Shown here: positions 14,146 to 25,578 of the stretch, piece after piece
How positions within the stretch are numbered: position 1 is the first letter of the stretch
How the letters are laid out: each line of letters opens with the position of its first letter
Origin: Amphiscolops sp. MND2022
Taxonomy: Eukaryota
NCBI GenBank assembly: GCA_964187785.1
Contig: OZ076409.1
Span: forward strand, 77,564,001 to 77,628,000
Reading direction: 5' to 3'
DNA: 64,000 bases
Made by a program: the position numbers and the translations under genes
Notes under the pieces: generated by a model
Seen by the model: the letters and a program-made list of their open reading frames with translations, nothing else
What the model was told of the DNA's origin: nothing
The model's database searches: none

Positions 14146-15757
14146 AATTTTTCGGCAAGAAAACGAATACTTTTGTGACTACAGACATACAAATGTTACG
14201 AGCATGGCTCGAATTGACTAATCTAACCGTTAACGTGAAGAAACGTGAGTTGATCTTTCCCCGAAAATGATAAACTGAAAAAACGTAACGATGATGTGGC
14301 AAGTACTTGAGACGAGACTACGTTTGGACAATTGCCTCGGTTTGAAAGAACCAATAGATTACATTACAAAAAAAACACTCAACTAAATAAAGTTTGCTGT
14401 CTAACTTACCCAGATTCAAACATCATATTTATCCACCATAGGACAGTCGATAAATAAATTTTCGTTTGTCGGGTGTAGTCATATAACGATCAGCAGCTGA
14501 AAAATGAAACAAAAAGAAAAAAACGAAAAAGGCGGCCGCGCAAAGCAATTTTCAATGAGAAATTCAACTAACTGCTCAGTATAGTGAGCGGGCTCTCCGG
14601 AGTGAGCTGCTCTTTATGGTAGCTTTTACGGATTTTAGAAAGTCCGGTAATTGCGGAATTTTAGTTACTGTGAACCAGGTTGTATTTCTCAATTCCGTCT
14701 TCTTTCCCCGCGAAAATCACGCTTCTGAGCTGTTGATTTTAACTTCATCTTTAATATTTTCAATTTGAACTCCTTTTCTAGAAAACAATCAATTAATTGG
14801 AATTATCGCTAAGAATTTTTCGACATTAGGCGATAATAATTATTATCACCTAACGTCGAAACATTCCTAGCGATAGTTCCAATTTGAAACAGTATACTGC
14901 GCACAGCTTTATGTTCCTGCATAAATCATCCCCGGCGCCTGAGACCACAAACTTCAAACTTCGAAGTCTGAATCGAGTTGTGGTAATTGCAGGGATCAAT
15001 GATTGTGAAATGGTGTTAAAATTTGTTGAGAATTGGAAGTTTTCCCCCTCAATTGGATGTTTCCCCCGCGAAAAACCCGCATGTGAATAAACATAACATA
15101 ACTATCATCTTTACATTGCTAATTCACATCGATTACTCATAGTTTCTCGAACGTCCAATTTGAACAATTTGAACTTCGACCGTAGAATGTTTTCTCTGGA
15201 AATTATTTTATGTCGTCAGAGTGTTCGAGAATTCCGTTTCCACATAAATATCAAACTGTTACACGATGTTATACCAACGTATGTAATGTACCTATGTATT
15301 TGGTGTTGTGCGAAAAACCTAAGTCAGCCTTCCCTCAATCTCAGCCTTCCCTCCTCCCGTTTGAGAGGAAGCGGTGTGGGAGTCTGTAAATGTGGCCATG
15401 TTCATGTAAAGTGCAATGACATATCTGTCCTCTTCGAGGACTGGCGTTACGGTTTGGTGTGCTGTTTCTGCGAAATTAAAACTCCCGAGTAGCAATGCGC
15501 ACATCCACCAATTAACACAGCAAGCATCGCCAGAAACTTCTATCAAATAATCACAACCGATAAAGCGAGTGAGTTTAATCAAATTTTCGAAGAATTAATT
15601 CATTGTTGTCCGTTCATGAAGTTGAGTAACTATAAAACCAGTCAAAAACGTGTAGATGAAGAACACAGTTCTGGATACCTCAATCAGCCGTATGAAGCCT
15701 TTTTGACCACAATGATAAGGTCTCATTTGATTATTTCACGAACCAAAAAAGAAGAAG

Positions 15758-16469
15758 TGTAACATCCACCTAGCAGCGTACATTATAGAAGTGGGATAAT
15801 GCCTAGGGTGCTTAAACAGGAGACCGTTGTCTTACTGCACCCCTATACATTAGTTCTTAATCCCGAAATGGTCTCCTAAAAGGGACTTTTTCACTGGTCT
15901 AAGGAGGCTCCTCAGTTAGACCTCCGTGGCGACGTGCCGACGCACTCAAAGTCCGGACACGTTCCACAAGCCTGTAAAAACGTATCTTAAGGTGCTAACG
16001 TTCCTGTGACTTCCTACATACTCCCGAGGTCCAAAAACAGGGGTTTAGCCAAAGTGCACTTTATTCACGAAATAACGTCTAAAACAAAGACCTAATGGGT
16101 CAAACATTATCAAGTACCTGTGAAACTACATTGATATTAACAAAATTAATCAACTAAGGTTTTTCTGGTTCTTTCATGAGGGTTTCGGAGTTCTCGATAA
16201 AGTCCATTGATGGGTTGTACGTCTTTTTCGAGTCTTCCCAGGCATTATTCGAGTTGAGATGGCACAACACTGGAATTCTCTGCCTTCTCCTTCTTCTGGG
16301 GTTCTTTTCTGCTTATTGTTTGCACATTGGGGTGGGGGAGTCCTGTGTGCTTTTTCATTGCTTCTTTTTCGTTTTTCTGAACCTGCCAGGTCGGCTATTT
16401 TGAATTGACTTATTTGATATCGCACTTTTTGAATTTCAACGAAATTTGTTCCGGCTGCCTGACGTTACA
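15758..16469 (-). mobile_element. Solo LTR (712 bp) related to the LTRs of the gypsy element at 38982-55160
   Basis: TGTAAC...GTTACA termini; 15758-15835 is the near-exact reverse complement of 55083-55160; the other end resembles 38982-39060; AAG on both flanks. Confidence 0.85.
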
Positions 16470-16589
16470 AAGATTCACAAATTTAAACCATCGTAAGCCA
16501 CATGGAGAAGTGGTCGAGAGGAAATTTGAAAGAACATCCTTGAGAAAAAACGCAAAAGCACTACAATAGAGACAGGCCAAGTAAAACCA

Positions 16590-17140
16590 AACAAGCCGAG
16601 AACGGTCAAAGTCGGCGCCATATCTAAGGCTCAAAATTTAAAAGGGGGACCCTTCGGGCTTTGTGAAACTCCAGCTGGTTGCAAAAATTTTTCAAAAAAT
16701 TGAAGGGGGGACCCTTTGGAGACATGAAAAAATTTCCCAAAAAAATTTTTTAATGAGATTTTTGAACAGTGTCACAGTGCCGAAAAATGTAAAAGGGGGG
16801 ACCCTTTGCGATTTTTTGACGTCCATTGTGTTGCAAAACATCAAAAAAATTGAAGGGGGGACCCTTTGGGGAAAAATATTCAATCCAAAAAGTTTCAAAA
16901 AGTCGCATAGTTCCGAAAAAAGTGGGGGGATCTTTAGTGTGATTTCGAGGTTGTGGACGTCTGTTTTGTTTTTTCTTTTCGTTTTGGACGCGCTTCTGAG
17001 GTTGGAGTTGTTGGGGTTTGAAGTTGTTGAAGTTTGAAGATGTTGAACAAATGAACAAAAAAGTGGACTTTTCGTGTCTAAAAAAAACTACCCACTGTAA
17101 TAGTCGGGCACATTTTCTACTAAAATGCGCCGACTAAAAA
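16590..17140. mobile_element. Non-autonomous Helentron/DINE-1-like element with internal GGGGGACCCTT repeats
   Basis: Subterminal inverted repeat AGTCGGCGC (16610-16618) / GCGCCGACT (17127-17135), terminal hairpin 17102-17135, A-run flanks, four AAGGGGG(G)ACCCTT repeats. Class assignment is inferred from structure only. Confidence 0.5.
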
Positions 17141-17499
17141 ACGAGGTCGGCAATTTAAAGGAATTTGACCATCAGATGACATCTGGAAAAGTATTCACGG
17201 CATGGCATTGATGATGCCTGTTCTTGCTACATAGAAAAGGCAGAAAAAGGCAGAATATCAATGTCCGCTCTATGTGACAAGAAAACTCGAGGCAAGCATG
17301 GACCGTCGAAACTAATGGCGACGCATTCTGAATAACTTTAGACAAACGTCCACAAATGCCGGCAAAACAAAACCAGAAGTCGCAATGCGTAAAACGACAA
17401 ACTACGTTGTTACCGATCTGAAAAAAACAATGCATGTCGTCTCATCCACCGTCAAACAAATTCAATACATTATTCGTACTCTTGAATAGTTCTTCAGAA

Positions 17500-17680
17500 A
17501 AAATGTTTCGGCATTGCAATGCTTACTCGCACTTCTATTACTGTAGAGCGTCTCTTCAGTCGTGTAAGGCTGACACTTGACGATAAAAAAACTGGTGTAG
17601 TCAATGCATTTAGAACAACACGTCTTCCTATTTGCTAACAAACGTTTATGGAATATTAAAAATGTTGATAACGTTGTTGC
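17500..17680 (+). pseudogene. hAT transposase C-terminal (dimerisation region) remnant
   Basis: Translates as TSITVERLFSRVRLTLDDKK (from 17531) and, after a frameshift, LEQHVFLFANKRLWNI, matching the hAT S..vERxFS motif. Confidence 0.6.
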
Positions 17681-17847
17681 TAAAATTCAATGAATATATT
17701 TTTTCCAAAGACAATACCTATTTTTAAAGGGTGTCATACTCAAAAAAGTATTTTTCTTCTTTTAAAAAGTATTTATTTTCCTATATTGAAGCATCCTACA
17801 GATACGTCATCATAAGGAAAGTGGACGTCCGTTTGACTACAGGAAAG

Positions 17848-19368
17848 TGTCGCATCCCCCAAGATGCGATGGTTCCGCAGTGCAACTCTAGAAAGGAACA
17901 AGTACTGGAACCTTTTCTATAGACTCACACAAACTCTAATAAACTCATTGTGAACATGTTTTTGTACGTCGTTACTTTCAAAAGGTCATGTAGATATCAT
18001 TTCTATACTTTGCTTACCATGAAGAAACACCCATTATAGTGCTAATGTACCTTGGATTCCTGATTATGAGCCCCTATTTTCATCACAAATCTGATATTTC
18101 ACCGCTTAATCATATGAACTATAAGTTTCTGATGCATCTAAATCAACTCCGTAATAATTTGTGCTTTAACATAGTACTATTATGCGGTACTATGCGGATC
18201 GAGGTGTGACGTATACTCGTCACCATACGTTTTTGGTAATGCCATTATGCGGCATTATACGTTTCAAGGCGTGATGTATATGCGGCACGAGACGTCTTTT
18301 GTAGTAACATTATGCGGCATCCTGCGGATCGAATAGGAATGATCATACGTTATTATGCGGTTTTCGCAGGACTTATTGAACAACACTAGGACGTGCTTCT
18401 AATACTATTTAGAAACCATTTTACTTGTATCTTAACGTTGTTTTAAGATATTTCCAGGGTTCTTTAGTTTCTTCCCATCAGATACTTCCCATGATGTCAT
18501 GTAAATTGTACTATTTTTGTAACATGACCTCATTTGACGTAATTCTATTTTTATGATATTTCCATATGATGACTATAGAAAAAATGAGTGTCATGGTTTT
18601 AAATATTTTTCGCTTTTGTAATAAACTGGAAGGATTATTGAATATTTTGAACCGCATCTTGAGCAGTTGCTTTTTGAACGATTGTAAACTTCTCAATTCT
18701 CGACTACTGTAAACTCTACATCTCTGTTTTATTCCGTGATAATCAAACTAATTCAAATTCTTCCCCAAAAGCCAAAATACTTTTCACTTGAGACGAAATG
18801 GGGAATAGACGTAACAGGAGATCTAGAAGACTAGAAACCCCTTCCCCAGAGCGAAGTATGGAAAGGGCTCAAGATGAAACACCAAACACAGGTAATATTA
18901 CTTTAACTAAAAATAATGTAGTTGTTCAAGAAAATTTAGGTGAAAATAGATTCGGAGAACAATTAGTTGAACCAAGCCAAATCAGCAACGAGATACAAGC
19001 TTGGACCGAAATATTTGAGCAGAAGAACAATGATAGAATAGAGAAAATGAGAGAAGAGATGGACAATAAATTAGAAGCGATTTTAAGGGAGATCAAAACT
19101 AACAAAAGCGTGTCAACAGTCACAAATCCGAGGTCAGAAACTAATGAAATGCAAGATCCTCAACCATCGGGATCCAGAACAATAAGGTCTATAGGAGTTC
19201 ATGCATCCAACAATGAGAACTCAGAACCTGAAGACGAGGATTTTCCTCTTGAGGCTTCGAAAGCAAAAGACTTAAAACAACCCGCAAAACCTATATATGA
19301 GTCAGATGTAGATGTTACAATTCATTCGGACGAAGAATCTGATGCGGAGCCAAACGAGGATTATCACA
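17848..19368 (+). repeat. 5' LTR of family A element
   Basis: TGTCGCATCC...GGATTATCACA; direct repeat of 32614-34134, with four substitutions seen by eye. Confidence 0.98.
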
Positions 19369-20480
19369 TGGTGACAGGAGCCAACCGAAAACTCCATAGA
19401 CAAAGCTCACAAAAATTAAACGACACAATTGGATCCCACGCAGACCATAGCTTGCCAAATTTGACAACACAACCTTTTGACCCAGTGAATCAAATTGCAA
19501 TTGCCATCGAGAAATTGGCGAACAAAAACCCATCACAATCACTATTTCATCCTAAAAATACTCTCACATTCAATGGAAAAAATGAGAAAAATGAAAAATT
19601 CGAATACTTCGAAGACTTGTTCCACACAACACTTCGAATGCAACCAAACCTAACAGAAGACATGAAAATTAACCATTTTCACGCCCATCTCCGAGGTTTG
19701 GCACTAAAAACATTTAAAAACATACAAAGGACACCGACAACAACTTTAGAAGACATTCTCAAAGTTTTCCGACGAAAATATGTAAAACCGGAGTCCAGCG
19801 CATCTGCCAAACACAGATTCAATAGACTCTTCTTCGATCCAGAAAATCAAAAACTCCCGGATTTCTTAGAAGAACTCCAAGAAAGTGCTGAAAAAGCGTT
19901 TGGGGAGAACGCCCACCACATGATAGAGAACTTACTCTACGCGAAAATGCCTCCCCATCTTAAGAAGTCCATCAATCAAGCATATCTTGAAAATGGTACT
20001 TACGACCAAATCGTTAAACACCTTGAACGAGAAATGGAACTCAACGGTCTAGAGGCTGACGAACCTCTCGTCAAAACCCAAATGACGGTTACTAAAAAAG
20101 AACAAACTACCGAAAAAACTAACAAAAAACAAAACGACAAAGCCAAAAAACAAACTCCCAAAACAGTACCGGATAAGACCCTCAAGAATGATCAATGCCG
20201 TTACTGCAAAGAAACAGGACACATGATGACTGATTGTCCTAAATTAGCTAAACGACGCAAACTTGAGGCTGATCCGGATGCTGAAAAATGTCAGACTTGC
20301 AACACACCAGGTCATGATGAAGAAAACTGCTACTTTGGTGCCAATATGGAGAATCGCCCACCGAAATGGAACCTGACCGAAGCACAAAAGAAAATTATAG
20401 AAGAATACAAACAAGCCAAAAAACCAATCAGACCAAAATCAGAACGATCTCAACAAACCTCATCGAAGGATTTAAACTAG
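18798..20480 (+). CDS. gag: Gag (560 aa), starting inside the 5' LTR
   Basis: Open ORF with capsid-like segment (FNGKNEKNEKFEYFEDLF...KINHFHAHLRGLA) and two CCHC knuckles (CRYCKETGHMMTDC, CQTCNTPGHDEENC); the first ~190 codons lie in the LTR. Confidence 0.93.
   Translation: MGNRRNRRSRRLETPSPERSMERAQDETPNTGNITLTKNNVVVQENLGENRFGEQLVEPSQISNEIQAWTEIFEQKNNDRIEKMREEMDNKLEAILREIKTNKSVSTVTNPRSETNEMQDPQPSGSRTIRSIGVHASNNENSEPEDEDFPLEASKAKDLKQPAKPIYESDVDVTIHSDEESDAEPNEDYHMVTGANRKLHRQSSQKLNDTIGSHADHSLPNLTTQPFDPVNQIAIAIEKLANKNPSQSLFHPKNTLTFNGKNEKNEKFEYFEDLFHTTLRMQPNLTEDMKINHFHAHLRGLALKTFKNIQRTPTTTLEDILKVFRRKYVKPESSASAKHRFNRLFFDPENQKLPDFLEELQESAEKAFGENAHHMIENLLYAKMPPHLKKSINQAYLENGTYDQIVKHLEREMELNGLEADEPLVKTQMTVTKKEQTTEKTNKKQNDKAKKQTPKTVPDKTLKNDQCRYCKETGHMMTDCPKLAKRRKLEADPDAEKCQTCNTPGHDEENCYFGANMENRPPKWNLTEAQKKIIEEYKQAKKPIRPKSERSQQTSSKDLN
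19369..19380 (+). promoter_or_regulatory. Primer-binding site, tRNA-Leu-like
   Basis: TGGTGACAGGAG directly after the LTR terminal CA; one mismatch to the TGGTGTCAGGAG tRNA-Leu complement as I recall it. tRNA identity not verified. Confidence 0.7.
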
Positions 20481-23400
20481 AAACGCCACGCCTTTACAAA
20501 AATTCTCCACAAAAACCAAACTCATCTGATGACTGGCAGCATCAGTTGAGCCCAAAACCCACAAAAGCAACACTCGTCCAAAAAGACCTGATAACAGAAA
20601 CTTCTCAACAATCATTGACCGACTACCACACTGAAGACTTATACGAACTCCTCCGTGATTCACCGGACAACTACTTCATCAAACAACAAACCCACCCCGA
20701 AATTGACTCAAAACCCGATATTCACCACAATTCCCCCGTTAAAAATTATGTCACCATAAACACTTCTTGCGATGATAAAAAACAACCTCTACTAAATGAG
20801 GATCTCTCTGAACACCTACAATTCGACAAAGAACGAAATTTGTCATATCTTCCAATTTCAACATGTTTGACACTGAAGCGAAAACGACACATGTACTACA
20901 TACCGATGGATTTCGAAAAACTCACACTTGATGGTCTTATTGATACTGGAGCTCTCACCAGTGCAATCTCCGAACAAGACCTCAACAAAATCAAGCTGCT
21001 GGCAAACGAAGCAATTAAAGAAACCGGTCCTCCACCAAACTTCCAAATTATGGTGGCAAATGGACAAGTAGAAGTCCCCATTGGTACAGTATTACTAGAA
21101 TTCGAAGTCGCAGACTTCATGTTAAAAGAAAACTTCATCATTATGAAAAACCTACCAAACCCCTTAATCGGATTATGTTTCCTTCGAAGGAACAATGCAA
21201 TTTTTGATGTCAATCAAGGCATCTTAACTTTTCCCTACCTCTCGATGCAGCTCAAGCCTGATACACAAACAGCAATACGACAAGCAACACCATTGTTTGC
21301 CGAAAATACCTATACCCTACAACCAGGGGAAACACTTGCCATAGCAAGCAAAATGCCTCATCTGATGGATCATGATGCGACAGGAATTGTCACACCATCA
21401 CAACAATTTGAAAACCACGATAGCATATTTATCACATCATCACTCAGCACAGTCAATAATAATGCTATCGGGTATCAAATCATCAATTTTTCGGAATTGC
21501 CATATACAATAACCCTTGACACCCATCTAGCGGACTTTAAAATTCTCACCCCCGAAAAAATCAAACACATCCAACCCGTAGACCCAGCAGTACTATCTTT
21601 CATGATACAACAAGAGGAAACTACGGAAGTATACATCAACGAACTCCTCAAAGTACCACAACCAAATTCTGAACAAGAATCGTACTGGTTTCCTACCCCG
21701 GAAGACCCAGGCGATCCCGCAACATATACTCCAATACAACAACGTTTATACAACGAACTCCTTGAGTTAAAAGAACTCGAAAAACTGAACCCACATGATA
21801 ATGAAACATCCAGGAAAACATTCCTCTCAAATTTCGACTGGACAGATACAACACTTAGTTCAGAAGAACGACAAGAGATTGAAGAGATTCTGGTCGAATT
21901 CCACGACATTTTCGCCAGACATCGCTTTGATATAGGGATCAACCGCGAGTTCAAAGTGAAATTAACGCCAAATGACGACAGACCAGCTTATAGTCAAAGT
22001 TTACCGACTCCCATTAACCTCAAAGATGACATCACAGTAGAACTTGCGCTCCTACATAAATATGGTATAATCACAACCTTACCATTTTCCAAATATGCAA
22101 GCCCAATTTTTGCACAGCGCAAACCTAATGGGCGCCTTAGGCTCCTTGTAGACCTCCGGAAAATTAATAATCTCATCACTGAAAATTATGCCAACAATAA
22201 CCACCCGGTAAGCACTTTATCTGATGCAGACCAACACATGGCAGGGAAAAAACTTTTCTGCAAATTGGACTGCTCTCAGGCTTACCACTGCCTTCAAATG
22301 GCAGATTACCAATCTATCCAGATGCTTGCTTTTAATTTCGCAAGCAGAACATTTGCTTATCGTCGCCTTGCTCAGGGCCTCAGCCGATCCCTTTCTGCTT
22401 TCTCAAGCTTCATGAGGGAATACCTGGACAGAGCAATCAAAGCTGACCAATGTGCCCAATATGTTGATGACATTGGCATTGCAGTAAACGACACAAAACA
22501 ATTGTACATCAACATCAAAACCGTCTTTGAATGCATCAGAAACGCTGGATTAAAACTTTCCATGTCCAAATGTCATTTTGGAGTTAAACAAGTCGATTTC
22601 CTGGGTCGCACCATCACACCAGATGGAGTTGCCCCTCAGGCCGACAAAGTAAAAGATTTCCTCGCAAAACTCAGATTTCCAAAATCAAAGAAGGCACTAC
22701 AAAGGTATATTGGATTCCTAAACTATTACCGAAACTATATACCACGCCTCTCAGAACGTCTGACCCCGTTTTTTAAACTCCTCAAAGAAACCTCTAAATT
22801 CTACGTACCAACAAATCTAGTAGAAGACTTCACCAACCTCAACAAACTCTTGGAAAATTCTTGTCAGTTAGCGCTAAAACAACCTCTAAAAGACAAACAA
22901 CTTATCGTCATGTCCGATGCAAGCTTCACAGCAGCTGGATATGCCATCATGATAGAAGATGACCCCAACCAGAAATTACAATCCAAACGTAAAACATACG
23001 CACCCATTGCGTTTGGATCAAAATCTTTCAACCCAACACAGACGAAAATGTCGATCTATGCAAAAGAATTTCTTTCCATATATTTTGCATTCGTCGAATT
23101 TGGACACCTCATGTGGGGGAGCACCTTCCCAATCATCGTGTTCACTGACAATCGATCTGTAACCCGGTTTTTTCAAACGAAAATGATTCCTCCAGCGCTT
23201 TGGAATGCATGTGATTATGTATTACAATACAATTTTGTAATCGCCCATGTAGCTGGATCGATGAACACAGCCGCCGATTTTTTATCTAGAACTGAAGTTA
23301 ACCCAACCGGGAAGCTCGAAATGACAATTCGCAACGATATTCACACAAAAGCAATTGAAGTGAATATACAATCAACTGGAATTGTCGAAGAAGAACAAAT

Positions 23401-25351
23401 TTACATCCTTCCTGATGAAGAAATTGATGAAAATCAACTTTGGGAAGAAAAACAAAACACTCGCAATCAAGCACAAAACGAAACTCACAATGACCCAGAG
23501 AACGACGTCTCTGAATTACAGCAATTTCACAAACCTACATCCGGATTGATCTCCTGCTCCTCTGGACACTTCAAGGACAATGCGAGGATACGCCTTGAAC
23601 AGAACAATGACATAGTCCTTCGAAACCTGAGAGCCAAAATAGAAGGCGAACCGTTCGATGAAAATGAATTAGCTTCCGATTTCAGATATCAACACTACTT
23701 ACAAAACATAACACGAATCGAGATTAAACACGAAGTTCTCACACGAAAATACTATACAGATACAGGAATGATCTCGCATTACCAAATCCTCTTACCAATC
23801 CAACTTCTTGAAGAACTACTTCAAGCCCTGCATGGCCATAACTCAAACCATCCAGGAATCACTAAGATGATTCAAGAAGCACGCCAAAAATATTACTACC
23901 CATGTATGGCTAAATACATCAAAAAATGGGTCAGTAATTGTCAGGTTTGCATTCAAACAAAACGCATTAATAATGACCTCCTCAGAACTGAACTCCTAAA
24001 CTGCCCTGAATGGGATCTTGGTCCGGAAGACATCCTGCAAATGGATATTTTGCCAAACCTCCCCCCAAGTAGAGGTTATGATCATATCATCACAGCAATA
24101 GATGTCTTCTCAAGATACTTGTTTGCCTATCCTGTGACCCACATTACTGCTACGGCAGTATCAAAAGTCATCATGGATATATTATGCAAACACACTTATC
24201 TTCCAACAACTATAATAACGGATCTGGGTACTCAATTCAATGCACAAATAACCCACGAAATTGCTGCAGTACTCGGAATTGAACTCAAACATGCTACAAT
24301 GAAACATGCGCAAACAATAGGTCTTCTGGAAAGAACTCATGCCTCAGTTAAAACACACCTAAAAGCCGCGACAGGCGAATTTAGGAACAACTGGCATAAA
24401 TATCTTCCTCTGGCAGTCCTAAATCACAATACTACATACCATGCATCACTCGGGTGTGAACCCTCACGAGTTTTTCATGGACGCATACCACACAATATCC
24501 TAGACTATAAACTTGGATATAATCCAAATCCAAGATATCAACCGCAAACCGACATAGCAGACGAAACACAAAAGCGCATGAGAATACTTCTAGACCAAAC
24601 TAAGAAGAACATCATGCAATCTTACCTTAAATACAAAGCCTACTATGATCGCAAAGCAAAGGCAGCACCATTAGAAACGACGGACTATTGTTACATTCTG
24701 AACCCAAAAGCAGACACACAAGCGACGAAAATCCCGTTCCGAGAATTTAGATGGTGCGGACCATATAAAGTTGAAAAAATCCTCCCAAACATAAACTACA
24801 TAGTTAGAAGACTTGGAACTAACAAAACACAACTCCTTCATAGGATTCGTTTGCGCAAATTTACTCCGCAAGCGCCCTTAGCAGACATTTTTGTTCGTGA
24901 AACTGACTGGCAAAAAGATGATCAAATGCCAATAACAAATGATGACTTATAAGCACAATCGTGGAACACGAATTTTGGATCTAGCCCGTTTGACGATGAT
25001 CCAGTAGAAAATTCACCAAATAATGATGATGCTGAATATACTCCGATTCAAATACCAGACGAAAACCGCCCTCCCTCCCCTAGTTCTTCAAAAAATAGTG
25101 GGGGGAGCCCAGTGGACCAGACCACTGAACCTGAAAAAGAAACGAATAATGAAAATTTACAAGAGACCCATGATGATGAAGTAGAAAACCCACAAAAAGA
25201 CAGAAATATAACACCCGAAATTGATGCCCAAAATACCCCAGAAATCCCTGAAAATATCCCATCGCAAGAAGAACCCATAAATACCCGTGGTGAGAAATAC
25301 AACTTACGTCCTAACCCCAACCCAAATTACTCTGACACATACAGATATTAA
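20366..25351 (+). CDS. pol: Pol polyprotein (protease, RT, RNase H, integrase) with one in-frame TAA at 24950-24952
   Basis: LIDTGA protease; YASPIF/LRLLVDLRKIN/YVDD RT; SDAS..E..FTDNRS RNase H; HGHNSNHPG..CQVC zinc finger, QMD..TDLG..LERT DDE core, WCGPYKV. ORF 25112-25351 continues in the same frame after the stop. Confidence 0.96.
20471..20477 (+). promoter_or_regulatory. Predicted -1 ribosomal frameshift slippery site T_TTA_AAC
   Basis: X_XXY_YYZ heptamer correctly phased in gag, immediately before the gag TAG; pol is in the -1 frame. Confidence 0.8.
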
Positions 25352-25578
25352 AAACAATACCTACTTCCAGACTCAAACTATCACTAAGAAAACAATTGCA
25401 GAGGAAATTTTCCTTAATACTACCCTCCCATCATGTGTAACTTAACACACGCAAGTCTCTCCTTCACTCTGAAGAACGACTTCATTTCTCGCCCAAATAA
25501 ATACATGGCGGAAAATTTACAAATCTATCATCAGCTCAAAACAAACATAAATAAACAGTTTGCAAACAGATACAACAA

